Source: the human T2T-CHM13v2.0 reference genome, Homo sapiens. Taken from it: 64,000 nucleotides of DNA. Positions within the stretch are counted from its first letter, which is position 1. Each line of letters begins with the position of its first letter. The notes beneath the pieces are model-generated. The model did no database searches, was not told where the DNA came from, and saw nothing but the letters and a program-made list of their open reading frames with translations. Made by a program: the position numbers and the translations under genes. Location: assembly GCF_009914755.1 (NCBI RefSeq), contig NC_060948.1. One strand, 5' to 3'. Positions 29,495-43,635 of this stretch are shown piece after piece.

Positions 29495-32400
29495 CCTGTC
29501 CATTACACTACTTTCCCTTCCATTCCAATGAATTCCATTCCATTCCAATCCATTCCTTTCCTTTCGCTTGCATTCCATTCTATTCTCTTCTACTGCATAC
29601 AATTTCACTCCATTCGTTCCCATTCCATTCAATTCCATTCCATTCAATTCCATTCCATTTGTTTCCATTCTCTTCGATTCCATTTCATTATATTCCATGC
29701 CATTCGATTCCTTTCTATTGGATTGCATTACATTCGTGTTCATTCCATTCCAGACCATTCCATTTCACTCCATTCCTTTCGAGCCCTTTCAATTTGAGTC
29801 CATTCCTTTCCAGTCCATTTCACTCCAGTCCATTACTATCCATTCCATACCATTCCATCCCATTCCATTCCATTCCATTACATTACATTCCATTGCATTC
29901 CATTTCATTCCATTCCATTGCACTGCACTCCATTCCATTACATTCCACACTATCTGAGTCGATTTTATTGCATTAGATTCTATTCCATTGGATTACTTTC
30001 CATTCGATTATATTCCATTCATGTACATTCCATTCCAGTCAATTACATTCGAGTTCATTACATTACATTCCAGTATATTCCATTCTATTCGATCCCATTC
30101 CTTTCAATTCCATTTCATTCGACTCCATTATTTTCGATTCCATTCCACTCGAATCCATTCCATTAGAGGACATTCCATTCCAAAGCATTCCATTCCATTC
30201 CATAGCATTCCATTGCATTCGATTCCATTCCATTTGATACCATTCCATGACATTCCATTCCATTCGAGTCCATTCCGTTCCAATTCATTCCATTCCGTTT
30301 CATGAAATTCGAGTCCTTTCCAGTACATTTCATTCCAATCCCATCCAATCCCATCTACTCCATTCAATTCCTTTCCATTCCATTTGATTAGATTCCATTG
30401 ATTTGATTCCATTCAGTTTGATTCCATTCCGTGAAATTTCGTTCCATTCTATTCCATTGCATTACTTTCCATTCAATTCCATTCCATTTCATTTCAGTCC
30501 ATTCGCTTCCTTTCCTTTCGATTCAATTCCATTTGATTCCACTCCATTCTATGCGATTTCATTCCAATCGATTCAATTCCATTCGATGACATTCCTTTCG
30601 TTTCCATTCCATTCGAGTCCATTCAATTTGAGCATTCGTGTCCATTCTATTCGAGTCCATTCCATTACCGTCTATTCTATTCCCTTCCATTCCTGTTGAT
30701 TCAATTTCATTCCCTTCCATTCGATTCCTTTCCATTCGATTCCATTCCTTTCCATTCCATTCCATTCGTTCCCATTCCATGTGATTTCATTCCATTCCAG
30801 TCCATTATATTCGAGTCCACTCCACTCCATTCTATTACATTCAATTCCTTTTGAGTCCGTTCCATAACACTCCATTCATTTCGATTCCATTTCTTGCCAG
30901 TTTTCTTCCATTTTATTCCATTCCTTTCGATTCCATTCCATTCGATTGCATTCCATTCGAATCCTTTCCATTCCATTTCATTCCATTCCTTTCTATTCCA
31001 TTCCATTTCATTCGACTTGATTCCATTCTGTTCTATTCCATTCAATTCTTTTTCATTCCATTCGAATCCTTTCTATTGCAGTCCATTCCATTCGAGTCCA
31101 TTCCAATCCCTTCCATTCCATTCCATTACAGTCCATTCCAATAGATTCCATTCCTTTGCCTTCCATTCGAATCCATTCCATTCTAGTCCATTCCATTTGA
31201 GTCAATTCCATTCCATTCCATTCTATTCCTTTCCAATCCATTCGATTCCATTCGATTCAATTCCATTTGATTCCCTTTCATTCTATTTTATTCCATGCCA
31301 TTTGATTGCATTGCATTCCATTCCGTTTGATTCCAGTCCATTCAAGAAAGTTCCATTCCAGTCCATTGCTTTCCAGTCCATTCCATTCCACTCTAGTCTA
31401 TTCCACTCCATTCCTTTCCATTCCATTCCATACTATTGCATTCCATTCCTTTGCATTCCGTTTCCAATCTATTCGAGTCCATTGCATTCCAGTCCAATCC
31501 ATTCGATTACATTCCTTTTGATTCCCTGCCAGTCGATTGCATTGCATACTACACCATTCCAAAGGAGTCCATTCCATTCTATTTCAACACTTTCCATTCC
31601 ACTCTGTTCGAGTCCATTCCATTCCAGTCCATTTAATTCAAGGGCATTCCATTCCATTCCATTCCATTTCATATTATTCCATTCCATTCAATTCCATTCC
31701 AGATGATTCCATTCCATTCTATACCATTGCTCTCTGTTCCATTCCATTCCATCTGTCTCCATTCCTTTCGTTTCGATTCCTTTCCATTCCATTCCATTAC
31801 ATTTGATCCTATTTTATTAAATTGCATTCTATTCGAGTGATTTCCATTCGAGTCCTTTCCATTCGATTCCATTCCATTCTATTCCATTCCTTTGGATTCC
31901 ATTCCATTTCGTTCCGTTCACATCAATTCCTTGCGATTCCATTACATTCGATTTCTTGCCATTCGATTCCATTCCTTTTGACTCCATTTCATTCGATTCC
32001 ATTCCATTCCATTAACTTCCATTCCATTCGAGAGCTTTCCATTGCAGTCTTTTCCCTTCGAGTCCATTCCGTTCGATTCCCTTCCATTCGATTCCATTCC
32101 ATTGGAGTCCGTACCAGTCGAGTCCATTCTATTCCAGTCCATTAGTTTCGACTCCATTGCATTCGAGTGCATTCCATTCCGTGGCTGTCCATTCCATTCC
32201 GTTTGATGCCATTCCATACGATTCCATTCAATTCGAGACCATTCTATTCCTGTCCATTCCTTGTGGTTCCATTCCATTTCACTCTAGTCCATTCCATTCC
32301 ATTCAATTCCATTCGACTCTATTCCGTTCCATTCAATTCCATTCCATTCGATTCCATTTTTTTCGAGAACCTTCCATTACACTCCCTTCCATTCCAGTGC

Positions 32401-33028
32401 ATTCCATTCCAGTCTCTTCAGTTCGATTCCATTCCATTCGTTTCGATTCCTTTCCATTCCAGCCCATTCCATTCCATTCCATTCCTTTCCTTTCCGTTTC
32501 ATTAGATTCCATTGCATTCGATTCCATTCAATTCAATTCCGTGCTATTCAATTTGATTCATTTCCATTTAATTCCATTCCATTAGATTCCATTCCGTTCG
32601 ATTCCATTCCTTTCGAATCCATTCCATTGGAGTCCATTCACTTCCAGAACATTCCATTCCAGTCGAATCCATTCGAGTACATTCCATTAAAGTTCATTAC
32701 ATTCTAATACATTCCATTCCGTTGCATTCCATTCCATTCCATTCGATGCCATTCGATTCCATTCCATGCCAAATCATTGCATTCCTTTCCATTCCGTTCC
32801 TATCAATTCCATTCCATTCGATTTAGTTCGATTCTATTCACTTCCATTCCATTCGATTCCATTCCATTGGAGTCAATTCCTTTCGACACCCAGCCTTTCC
32901 AGTCAATGATTTTGGATTCCATTTTTTTGCATTCCATTACATTCTATGACATTAGATTCCGTTTCATTGCATTCCATTCCATACATTTTTATTCCATTCG
33001 AGACCGTAGCATTCCACTTTATTCCAGG
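29495..33028 (+). repeat. DYZ1: DYZ1 monomer U9 (3534 bp)
   Basis: 14-bp insert present; 15-bp deletion near 30240. Confidence 0.92.
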
Positions 33029-36000
33029 CCTGTCCATTACACTACATTCCCTTCCATTCCAATGAATTCCATTCCATTCCAATCCATTCCTTTCCTTTCG
33101 CTTGCATTCCATTCTATTCTCTTCTACTGCATACAATTTCACTCCATTCGTTCCCATTCCATTCAATTCCATTCCATTCAATTCCATTCTCTTCGATTCC
33201 ATTTCTTTATATTCCATGCCATTCGATTCCATTCTATTGGATTGCATTACATTCGTGTTCATTCCATTCCAGACCATTCCATTTGACTCCATTCCTTTCG
33301 AGCCCTTTCAATTTGAGTACATTCCTTTCCAGTCCATTTCACTCCAGTCCATTACTATCCATTCCATACCATTCCATCCCATTCCATTCCATTCCATTCC
33401 ATTCCATTCCATTGAATTCCATTCCATTCCATTCCATTGCACTGCACTCCATTCCATTACATTCTACTCTATCTGAGTCGATTTTATTGCATTAGATTCT
33501 ATTCCATTGGATTACTTTCCATTCGATTACATTCCATTCATGTACTTTCCATTCCAGTCAATTACATTCGAGTTCATTACATTACATTCCAGTATATTCC
33601 ATTCTATTCGATCCCATTCCTTTCAATTCCATTTCATTCGACTCCATTATATTCGATTCCATTCCACTCGAATCCATTCCATTAGAGGACATTCCATTCC
33701 AATGCATTCCATTCCATTCCATAGCATTCCATTGCATTCGATTCCATTCCATTTGATGCCATTCCATTTGATGCCATTCCATGACATTCCATTCCATTCG
33801 AGTCCATTCCGTTCCAATTCATTCCATTCCGTTTCATGAAATTCGAGTCCTTTCCAGTACATTTCATTCCAATCCCATCCAATCCAATCTACTCCATTCA
33901 ATTCCTTTCCATTCCATTTGATTACATTCCATTGATTTGATTCCATTCAGTTTGATTCCATTCCGTGAAATTTCGTTCCATTCTATTCCATTGCATTACT
34001 TTCCATTCCATTCCATTCCATTTCATTTCAGTCCATTCGCTTCCTTTCCTTTCGATTCAATTCCATTTGATTCCACTCCATTCTATGCGATTTCATTCCA
34101 ATCGATTCAATTCCATTCGATGACATTCCTTTCGTTTCCATTCCATTCGAGTCCATTCAATTTGAGCATTCGTGTCCATTCTATTCGAGTCCATTCCATT
34201 ACCGTCTATTCTATTCCCTTCCATTCCTGTTGATTCAATTTCATTCCCTTCCATTCGATTCCTTTCCATTCGATTCCATTCCTTTCCATTCCATTCCATT
34301 CGTTCCCATTCCATGTGATTTCATTCCATTCCAGTCCATTATATTCGAGTCCACTCCACTCCATTCTATTACATTCAATTCCTTTTGAGTCCGTTCCATA
34401 ACACTCCATTCATTTCGATTCCATTTCTTGCCAGTTTTCTTCCATTTTATTCCATTCCGTTCGATTCCATTCCATTCGATTGCATTCCATTCGAATCCTT
34501 TCCATTCCATTTCATTCCATTCCTTTCTATTCCATTCCATTTCATTCGATTTGATTCCATTCTGTTCTATTCCATTCAATTCTTTTTCATTCCATTCGAA
34601 TCCTTTCTATTGCAGTCCATTCCATTCGAGTCCATTCCAATCCCTTCCATTCCATTCCATTACAGTCCATTCCAATAGATTCCATTCCATTCCATTCTAT
34701 TCGGGTTAATTCCATTCCATTCCATTCCATTCCATTCCATTCTATTCCTTTCCAATCCATTCGATTCCATTCGATTCAATTCCATTTGATTCTCTTTCAT
34801 TCTATTTTATTCCATGCCATTTGATTGCATTGCATTCCATTCCGTTTGATTCCAGTCCATTCAAGAAAGTTCCATTCCAGTCCATTGCTTTCCAGTCCAT
34901 TCCATTCCACTCTAGTCTATTCCACTCCATTCCTTTCCATTCCATTCTATACTATTCCATTCCATTCCTTTGCATTCCGTTTGCAATCTATTCGAGTCCA
35001 TTGCATTCCAGTCCAATCCATTCGATTACATTCCTTTTGATTCCCTGCCAGTCGATTGCATTGCATACTAGACCATTCCAAACGAGTCCATTCCATTCTA
35101 TCTCAACACTTTCCATTCCACTCTGTTCGAGTCCATTCCATTCCAGTCCATTTAATTCAAGGGCATTCCATTCCATTCCATTCCATTTCATATTATTCCA
35201 TTCCATTCAATTCCATTCCAGATGATTCCATTCCATTCTATACCATTGCTCTCTGTTCCATTCCATTCCATCTGTCTCCATTCCTTTCGTTTCGATTCCT
35301 TTCCATTCCATTCCATTCCATTTGATCCTATTTTATTAAATTGCATTCTATTCGAGTGATTTCCATTCGAGTCCTTTCCATTCGATTCCATTCCATTCTA
35401 TTCCATTCCTTTGGATTCCATTCCATTCCGTTCCGTTCACATCAATTCCTTGCGATTCCATTACATTCGATTTCTTGCCATTCGATTCCATTCCTTTTGA
35501 CTCCATTTCATTCGATTCCATTCCATTCCATTAACTTCCATTCCATTCGAGACCTTTCCATTGCAGTCTTTTCCCTTCGAGTCCATTCCGTTCGATTCCC
35601 TTCCATTCGATTCCATTCCATTGGAGTCCGTACCAGTCGAGTCCATTCTATTCCAGTCCATTAGTTTCGACTCCATTGCTTTCGAGTGCATTCCATTCCG
35701 TGGCTGTCCATTCCTTTCCGTTTGATGCCATTCCATACGATTCCATTCAATTCGAGACCATTCTATTCCTGTCCATTCCTTGTGGTTCGATTCCATTTCA
35801 CTCTAGTCCATTCCATTCCATTGAATTCCATTCGACTCTATTCCGTTCCATTCAATTCCATTCCATTCGATTCCATTTTTTTCGAGAACCTTCCATTACA
35901 CTCCCTTCCATTCCAGTGCATTCCATTCCAGTCTCTTCAGTTCGATTCCATTCCATTCGTTTCGATTCCTTTCCATTCCAGCCCATTCCATTCCATTCCA

Positions 36001-36547
36001 TTCCTTTCCTTTCCGTTTCATTAGATTCCATTGCATTCGATTCCATTCAATTCAATTCCGTGCTATTCAATTTGATTCATTTCCATTTAATTCCATTCCA
36101 TTAGATTCCATTCCGTTCGATTCCATTCCTTTCGAATCCATTCCATTGGAGTCCATTCACTTCCAGAACATTCCATTCCAGTCGAATCCATTCGAGTACA
36201 TTCCATTAAAGTTCATTACATTCTAATACATTCCATTCCATTGCATTCCATTCCATTCCATTCGATGCCATTCGATTCCATTCCATGCCAAATCATTGCA
36301 TTCCTTTCCATTCCGTTCCTATCAATTCCATTCCATTCGATTTAGTTCGATTCTATTCACTTCCATTCCATTCGATTCCATTCCATTGGAGTCAATTCCT
36401 TTCGACACCCAGCCTTTCCAGTCAATGATTTTGGATTCCATTTTTTTGCATTCCATTACATTCTATGACATTAGATTCCGTTTCATTGCATTCCATTCCA
36501 TACATTTTTATTCCATTCGAGACCGTAGCATTCCACTTTATTCCAGG
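33029..36547 (+). repeat. DYZ1: DYZ1 monomer U10 (3519 bp)
   Basis: 14-bp insert present; 15-bp deletion near 33185; TTCGGGTTAA variant block at ~34700. Confidence 0.92.
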
Positions 36548-39500
36548 CCTGTCCATTACACTACATTCCCTTCCATTCCAATGAATTCCATTCCATTCCA
36601 ATCCATTCCTTTCCTTTCGCTTGCATTCCATTCTATTCTCTTCTACTGCATACAATTTCACTCCATTCGTTCCCATTCCATTCAATTCCATTCCGTTCAA
36701 TTCCATTCCATTTGTTTCCATTCTCTACGATTCCATTTCTTTATATTCCATGCCATTCGATTCCATTCTATTGGATTGCATTACATTCGTGTTCATTCCA
36801 TTCCAGACCATTCCATTTGACTCCATTCCTTTCGAGCCCTTTCAATTTGAGTACATTCCTTTCCAGTCCATTTCACTCCAGTCCATTACTATCCATTCCA
36901 TACCATTCCATCCCATTCCATTCCATTCCATTCCATTCCATTCCATTCCATTCCATTGCATTCCATTCCATTCCATTCCATTGCACTGCACTCCATTCCA
37001 TTACATTCTACTCTATCTGAGTCGATTTTATTGCATTAGATTCTATTCCATTGGATTACTTTCCATTCGATTACATTCCATTCATGTACTTTCCATTCCA
37101 GTCAATTACATTCGAGTTCATTACATTACATTCCAGTATATTCCATTCTATTCGATCCCATTCCTTTCAATTCCATTTCATTCGACTCCATTATATTCGG
37201 TTCCATTCCACTCGAATCCATTCCATTAGAGGACATTCCATTCCAATGCATTCCATTCCATTCCATAACATTCCATTGCATTCGATTCCATTCCATTTGA
37301 TGCCATTCCATTTGATGCCATTCCATGACATTCCATTCCATTCGAGTCCATTCCGTTCCAATTCATTCCATTCCGTTTCATGAAATTCGAGTCCTTTCCA
37401 GTACATTTCATTCCAATCCCATCCAATCCAATCTACTCCATTCAATTCCTTTCCATTCCATTTGATTAGATTCCATTGATTTGATTCCATTCAGTTTGAT
37501 TCCATTCCGTGAAATTTCGTTCCATTCTATTCCATTGCATTACTTTCCATTCAATTCCATTCCATTTCATTTCAGTCCATTCGCTTCCTTTCCTTTCGAT
37601 TCAATTCCATTTGATTCCACTCCATTCTATGCGATTTCATTCCAATCGATTCAATTCCATTCGATGACATTCCTTTCGTTTCCATTCCATTCGAGTCCAT
37701 TCAATTTGAGCATTCGTGTCCATTCTATTCGAGTCCATTCCATTACCGTCTATTCTATTCCCTTCCATTCCTGTTGATTCAATTTCATTCCCTTCCATTC
37801 GATTCCTTTCCATTCGATTCCATTCCTTTCCATTCCATTCCATTCGTTCCCATTCCATGTGATTTCATTCCATTCCAGTCCATTATATTCGAGTCCACTC
37901 CACTCCATTCTATTACATTCAATTCCTTTTGAGTCCGTTCCATAACACTCCATTCATTTCGATTCCATTTCTTGCCAGTTTTCTTCGATTTTATTCCATT
38001 CCGTTCGATTCCATTCCATTCGATTGCATTCCATTCGAATCCTTTCCATTCCATTTCATTCCATTCCTTTCTATTCCATTCCATTTCATTCGATTTGATT
38101 CCATTCTGTTCTATTCCATTCAATTCTTTTTCATTCCATTCGAATCCTTTCTATTGCAGTCCATTCCATTCGAGTCCATTCCAATCCCTTCCATTCCATT
38201 CCATTACAGTCCATTCCAATAGATTCCATTCCATTCCATTCTATTCGGGTTAATTCCATTCCATTCCATTCCATTCCATTCCATTCTATTCCTTTCCAAT
38301 CCATTCGATTCCATTCGATTCAATTCCATTTGATTCTCTTTCATTCTATTTTATTCCATGCCATTTGATTGCATTGCATTCCATTCCGTTTGATTCCAGT
38401 CCATTCAAGAATGTTCCATTCCAGTCCATTGCTTTCGAGTCCATTCCATTCCACTCTAGTCTATTCCACTCCATTCCTTTCCATTCCATTCCATACTATT
38501 CCATTCCATTCCTTTGCATTCCGTTTCCAATCTATTCGAGTCCATTGCATTCCAGTCCAATCCATTCCATTACATTCCTTTTGATTCCCTGCCAGTCGAT
38601 TGCATTGCATACTAGACCATTCCAAAGGAGTCCATTCCATTCTATCTCAACACTTTCCATTCCACTCTGTTCGAGTCCATTCCATTCCAGTCCATTTAAT
38701 TCAAGGGCATTCCATTCCATTCCATTCCATTTCATATTATTCCATTCCATTCAATTCCATTCCAGATGATTCCATTCCATTCTATACCATTGCTCTCTGT
38801 TCCATTCCATTCCATCTGTCTCCATTCCTTTCGTTTCGATTCCTTTCCATTCCATTCCATTACATTTGATCCTATTTTATTAAATTGCATTCTATTCGAG
38901 TGATTTCCATTCGAGTCCTTTCCATTCGATTCCATTCCATTCTATTCCATTCCTTTGGATTCCATTCCATTCCGTTCCGTTCACATCAATTCCTTGCGAT
39001 TCCATTACATTCGAATTCTTGCCATTCGATTCCATTCCTTTTGACACCATTTCATTCGATTCCATTCCATTCCATTAATTTCCATTCCATTCGAGACCTT
39101 TCCATTGCAGTCTTTTCCCTTCGAGTCCATTCCGTTCGATTCCCTTCCATTCGATTCCATTCCATTGGAGTCCGTACCAGTCGAGTCCATTCTATTCCAG
39201 TCCATTAGTTTCGACTCCATTGCATTCGAGTGCATTCCATTCCGTGGCTGTCCATTCCATTCCGTTTGATGCCATTCCATACGATTCCATTCAATTCGAG
39301 ACCATTCTATTCCTGTCCATTCCTTGTGGTTCCATTCCATTTCACTCTAGTCCATTCCATTCCATTCAATTCCATTCGACTCTATTCCGTTCCATTCAAT
39401 TCCATTCCATTCGATTCCATTTTTTTCGAGAACCTTCCATTACACTCCCTTCCATTCCAGTGCATTCCATTCCAGTCTCTTCAGTTCGATTCCATTCCAT

Positions 39501-40091
39501 TCGTTTCGATTCCTTTCCGTTCCAGCCCATTCCATTCCATTCCATTCCTTTCCTTTCCGTTTCATTAGATTCCATTGCATTCGATTCCATTCAATTCAAT
39601 TCCGTGCTATTCAATTTGTTTCATTTCCATTTAATTCCATTCCATTAGATTCCATTCCGTTCGATTCCATTCCTTTCGAATCCATTCCATTGGAGTCCAT
39701 TCACTTCCAGAACATTCCATTCCAGTCGAATCCATTCGAGTACATTCCATTAAAGTTCATTACATTCTAATACATTCCATTCCATTGCATTCCATTCCAT
39801 TCCATTCGATGCCATTCGATTCCATTCCATGCCAAATCATTGCATTCCTTTCCATTCCGTTCCTATCAATTCCATTCCATTCGATTTAGTTCGATTCTAT
39901 TCACTTCCATTCCATTCGATTCCATTCCATTGGAGTCAATTCCTTTCGACACCCAGCCTTTCCAGTCAATGTTTTTGGATTCCATTTTTTTGCATTCCAT
40001 TACATTCTATGACATTCGATTCCGTTTCATTGCATTCCATTCCATACAATTTTATTCCATTCGAGACCGTAGCATTCCACTTTTTTCCAGG
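36548..40091 (+). repeat. DYZ1: DYZ1 monomer U11 (3544 bp)
   Basis: 14-bp insert; 95-bp tract; TTCGGGTTAA block at ~38245. Confidence 0.92.
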
Positions 40092-43000
40092 CCTGTCCAT
40101 TACACTACATTCCCTTCCATTCCAATGAATTCCATTCCATTCCAATCCATTCCTTTCCTTTCGCTTGCATTCCATTCTATTCTCTTCTACTGCATACAAT
40201 TTCACTCCATTCGTTCCCATTCCATTCAATTCCATTCCATTCAATTCCATTCCATTTGTTTCCATTCTCTTCGATTCCGTTTCTTTATATTCCATGCCAT
40301 TCGATTCCATTCTATTGGATTGCATTACATTCGTGTTCATTCCATTCCAGACCATTCCATTTGACTCCATTCCTTTCGAGCCCTTTCAATTTGAGTACAT
40401 TCCTTTCCAGTCCATTTCACTCCAGTCCATTACTATCCATTCCATACCATTCCATCCCATTCCATTCCATTCCATTCCATTTCATTGCATTCCATTCCAT
40501 TCCATTCCATTGCACTGCACTCCATTCCATTACATTCTACTCTATCTGAGTCGATTTTATTGCATTAGATTCTATTCCATTGGATTACTTTCCATTCGAT
40601 TACATTCCATTCATGTACATTCCATTCCAGTCAATTACATTGCAGTTCATTACATTACATTCCAGCATATTCCATTCTATTCGATCCCATTCCTTTCAAT
40701 TCCGTTTCATTCGACTCCATTATATTCGATTCCATTCCACTCGAATCCATTCCATTAGAGGACATTCCATTCCAATGCATTCCATTCCATTCCATAGCAT
40801 TCCATTGCGTTCGATGCCATTCCATTTGATGCCATTCCATTTGATGCCATTCCATGACATTCCATTCCATTCGAGTCCATTCCGTTCCAATTCATTCCAT
40901 TCCGTTTCATGAAATTCGAGTCCTTTCCAGTACATTTCATTCCAATCCCATCCAATCCAATCTACTCCATTCAATTCCTTTCCATTCCACTTGATTAGAT
41001 TCCATTGATTTGATTCCATTCAGTTTGATTCCATTCCGTGAAATTTCGTTCCATTCTATTCCATTTCATTACTTTCCATTCAATTCCATTCCATTTCATT
41101 TCAGTCCATTCGCTTCCTTTCCTTTCGATTCAATTCCATTTGATTCCACTCCATTCTATGCGATTTCATTCCAATCGATTCAATTCCATTCGATGACATT
41201 CCTTTCGTTTCCATTCCATTCGAGTCCATTCAATTTGAGCATTCGTGTCCATTCTATTCGAGTCCATTCCATTACCGTCTATTCTATTCCCTTCCATTCC
41301 TGTTGATTCAATTTCATTCCCTTCCATTCGATTCCTTTCCATTCGATTCCATTCCTTTCCATTCCATTCCATTCGTTCCCATTCCATGTGATTTCATTCC
41401 ATTCCAGTCGATTATATTCGAGTCCTCTCCACTCCATTCTATTACATTCAATTCCTTTTGAGTCCGTTCCATAACACTCCATTCATTTCGATTCCATTTC
41501 TTGCCAGTTTTCTTCCATTTTATTCCATTGCGTTCGATTCCATTCCATTCGATTGCATTCCATTCGAATCCTTTCCATTCCATTTCATTCCATTCCTTTC
41601 TATTCCATTCCATTTCATTCGATTTGATTCCATTCTGTTCTATTCCATTCAATTCTTTTTCATTCCATTCGAATCCTTTCTATTGCAGTCCATTACATTC
41701 GAGTCCATTCCAATCCCTTCCATTCCATTCCATTACAGTCCATTCCAATAGATTCCATTCCTTTGCCTTCCATTCGAATCCATTCCATTCTAGTCCATTC
41801 CATTTGAGTCAATTCCATTCCAATCCATTCTATTCCTTTCCAATCCATTCGATTCCATTCGATTCAATTCCATTTGATTCTCTTTCATTCTATTTTATTC
41901 CATGCCATTTGATTGCATTGCATTCCATTCCGTTTGATTCCAGTCCATTCAAGAAAGTTCCATTCCAGTCCATTGCTTTCCAGTCCATTCCATTCCACTC
42001 TAGTCTATTCCACTCCATTCCTTTCCATTCCATTCCATATTATTCCATTCCATTCCTTTGCATTCCGTTTCCAATCTATTCGAGTCCATTGCATTCCAGT
42101 CCAATCCATTCCATTACATTCCTTTTGATTCCCTGCCAGTCGATTGCATTGCATACTAGACCATTCCAAAGGAGTCCATTCCATTCTATCTCAACACTTT
42201 CCATTCCACTCTGTTCGAGTCCATTCCATTCCAGTCCATTTAATTCAAGGGCATTCCATTCCATTCCATTCCATTTCATATTATTCCATTCCATTCAATT
42301 CCATTCCAGATGATTCCATTCCATTCTATACCATTGCTCTCTGTTCCATTCCATTCCATCTGTCTCCATTCCTTTCGTTTCGATTCCTTTCCATTCCATT
42401 CCATTACATTTGATCCTATTTTATTAAATTGCATTCTATTCGAGTGATTTCCATTCGAGTCCTTTCCATTCGATTCCATTCCATTCTATTCCATTCCTTT
42501 GGATTCCATTCCATTCCGTTCCGTTCACATCAATTCCTTGCGATTCCCTTACATTCGATTTCTTGCCATTCGATTCCATTCCTTTTGACTCCATTTCATT
42601 CGATTCCATTCCATTCCATTAATTTCCATTCCATTCGAGACCTTTCCATTGCAGTCTTTTCCCTTCGAGTCCATTCCGTTCGATTCCCTTCCATTCGATT
42701 CCATTCCATTGGAGTCCGTACCAGTCGAGTCCATTCTATTCCAGTCCATTAGTTTCGACTCCATTGCATTCGAGTGCATTCCATTCCGTGGCTGTCCATT
42801 CCATTCCGTTTGATGCCATTCCATACGATTCCGTTCAATTCGAGAGCATTCTATTCCTGTCCATTCCTTGTGGTTCGATTCCATTTCACTCTACTCCATT
42901 CCATTCCATTGAATTCCATTCGACTCTATTCCGTTCCATTCAATTCCATTCCATTCGATTCCATTTTTTTCGAGAACCTTCCATTACACTCCCTTCCATT

Positions 43001-43635
43001 CCAGTGCATTCCATTCCAGTCTCTTCAGTTCGATTCCATTCCATTCGTTTCGATTCCTTTCCGTTCCAGCCCATTCCATTCCATTCCATTCCTTTCCTTT
43101 CCGTTTCATTAGATTCCATTGCATTCGATTCCATTCAATTCAATTCCGTGCTATTCAATTTGATTCATTTCCATTTAATTCCATTCCATTAGATTCCATT
43201 CCGTTCGATTCCATTCCTTTCGAATCCATTCCATTGGAGTCCATTCACTTCCAGAACATTCCATTCCAGTCGAATCCATTCGAGTACATTCCATTAAAGT
43301 TCATTACATTCTAATACATTCCATTCCATTCCATTCCATTCCATTCCATTCGATGCCATTCGATTCCATTCCATGCCAAATCATTGCATTCCTTTCCATT
43401 CCGTTCCTATCAATTCCATTCCATTCGATTTAGTTCGATTCTATTCACTTCCATTCCATTCGATTCCATTCCATTGGAGTCAATTCCTTTCGACACCCAG
43501 CCTTTCCAGTCAATGATTTTGGATTCCATTTTTTTGCATTCCATTACATTCTATGACATTCGATTCCGTTTCATTGCATTCCATTCCATACATTTTTATT
43601 CCATTCGAGACCGTAGCATTCCACTTTATTCCAGG
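40092..43635 (+). repeat. DYZ1: DYZ1 monomer U12 (3544 bp)
   Basis: 14-bp insert; 80-bp tract; near-identical to U14. Confidence 0.92.

Noticed and set aside
34700-34712. GGGTTA resembling a telomeric repeat seed
   Set aside because: A single hexamer in pentamer register with no tandem TTAGGG; better explained as an HSat3 variant.
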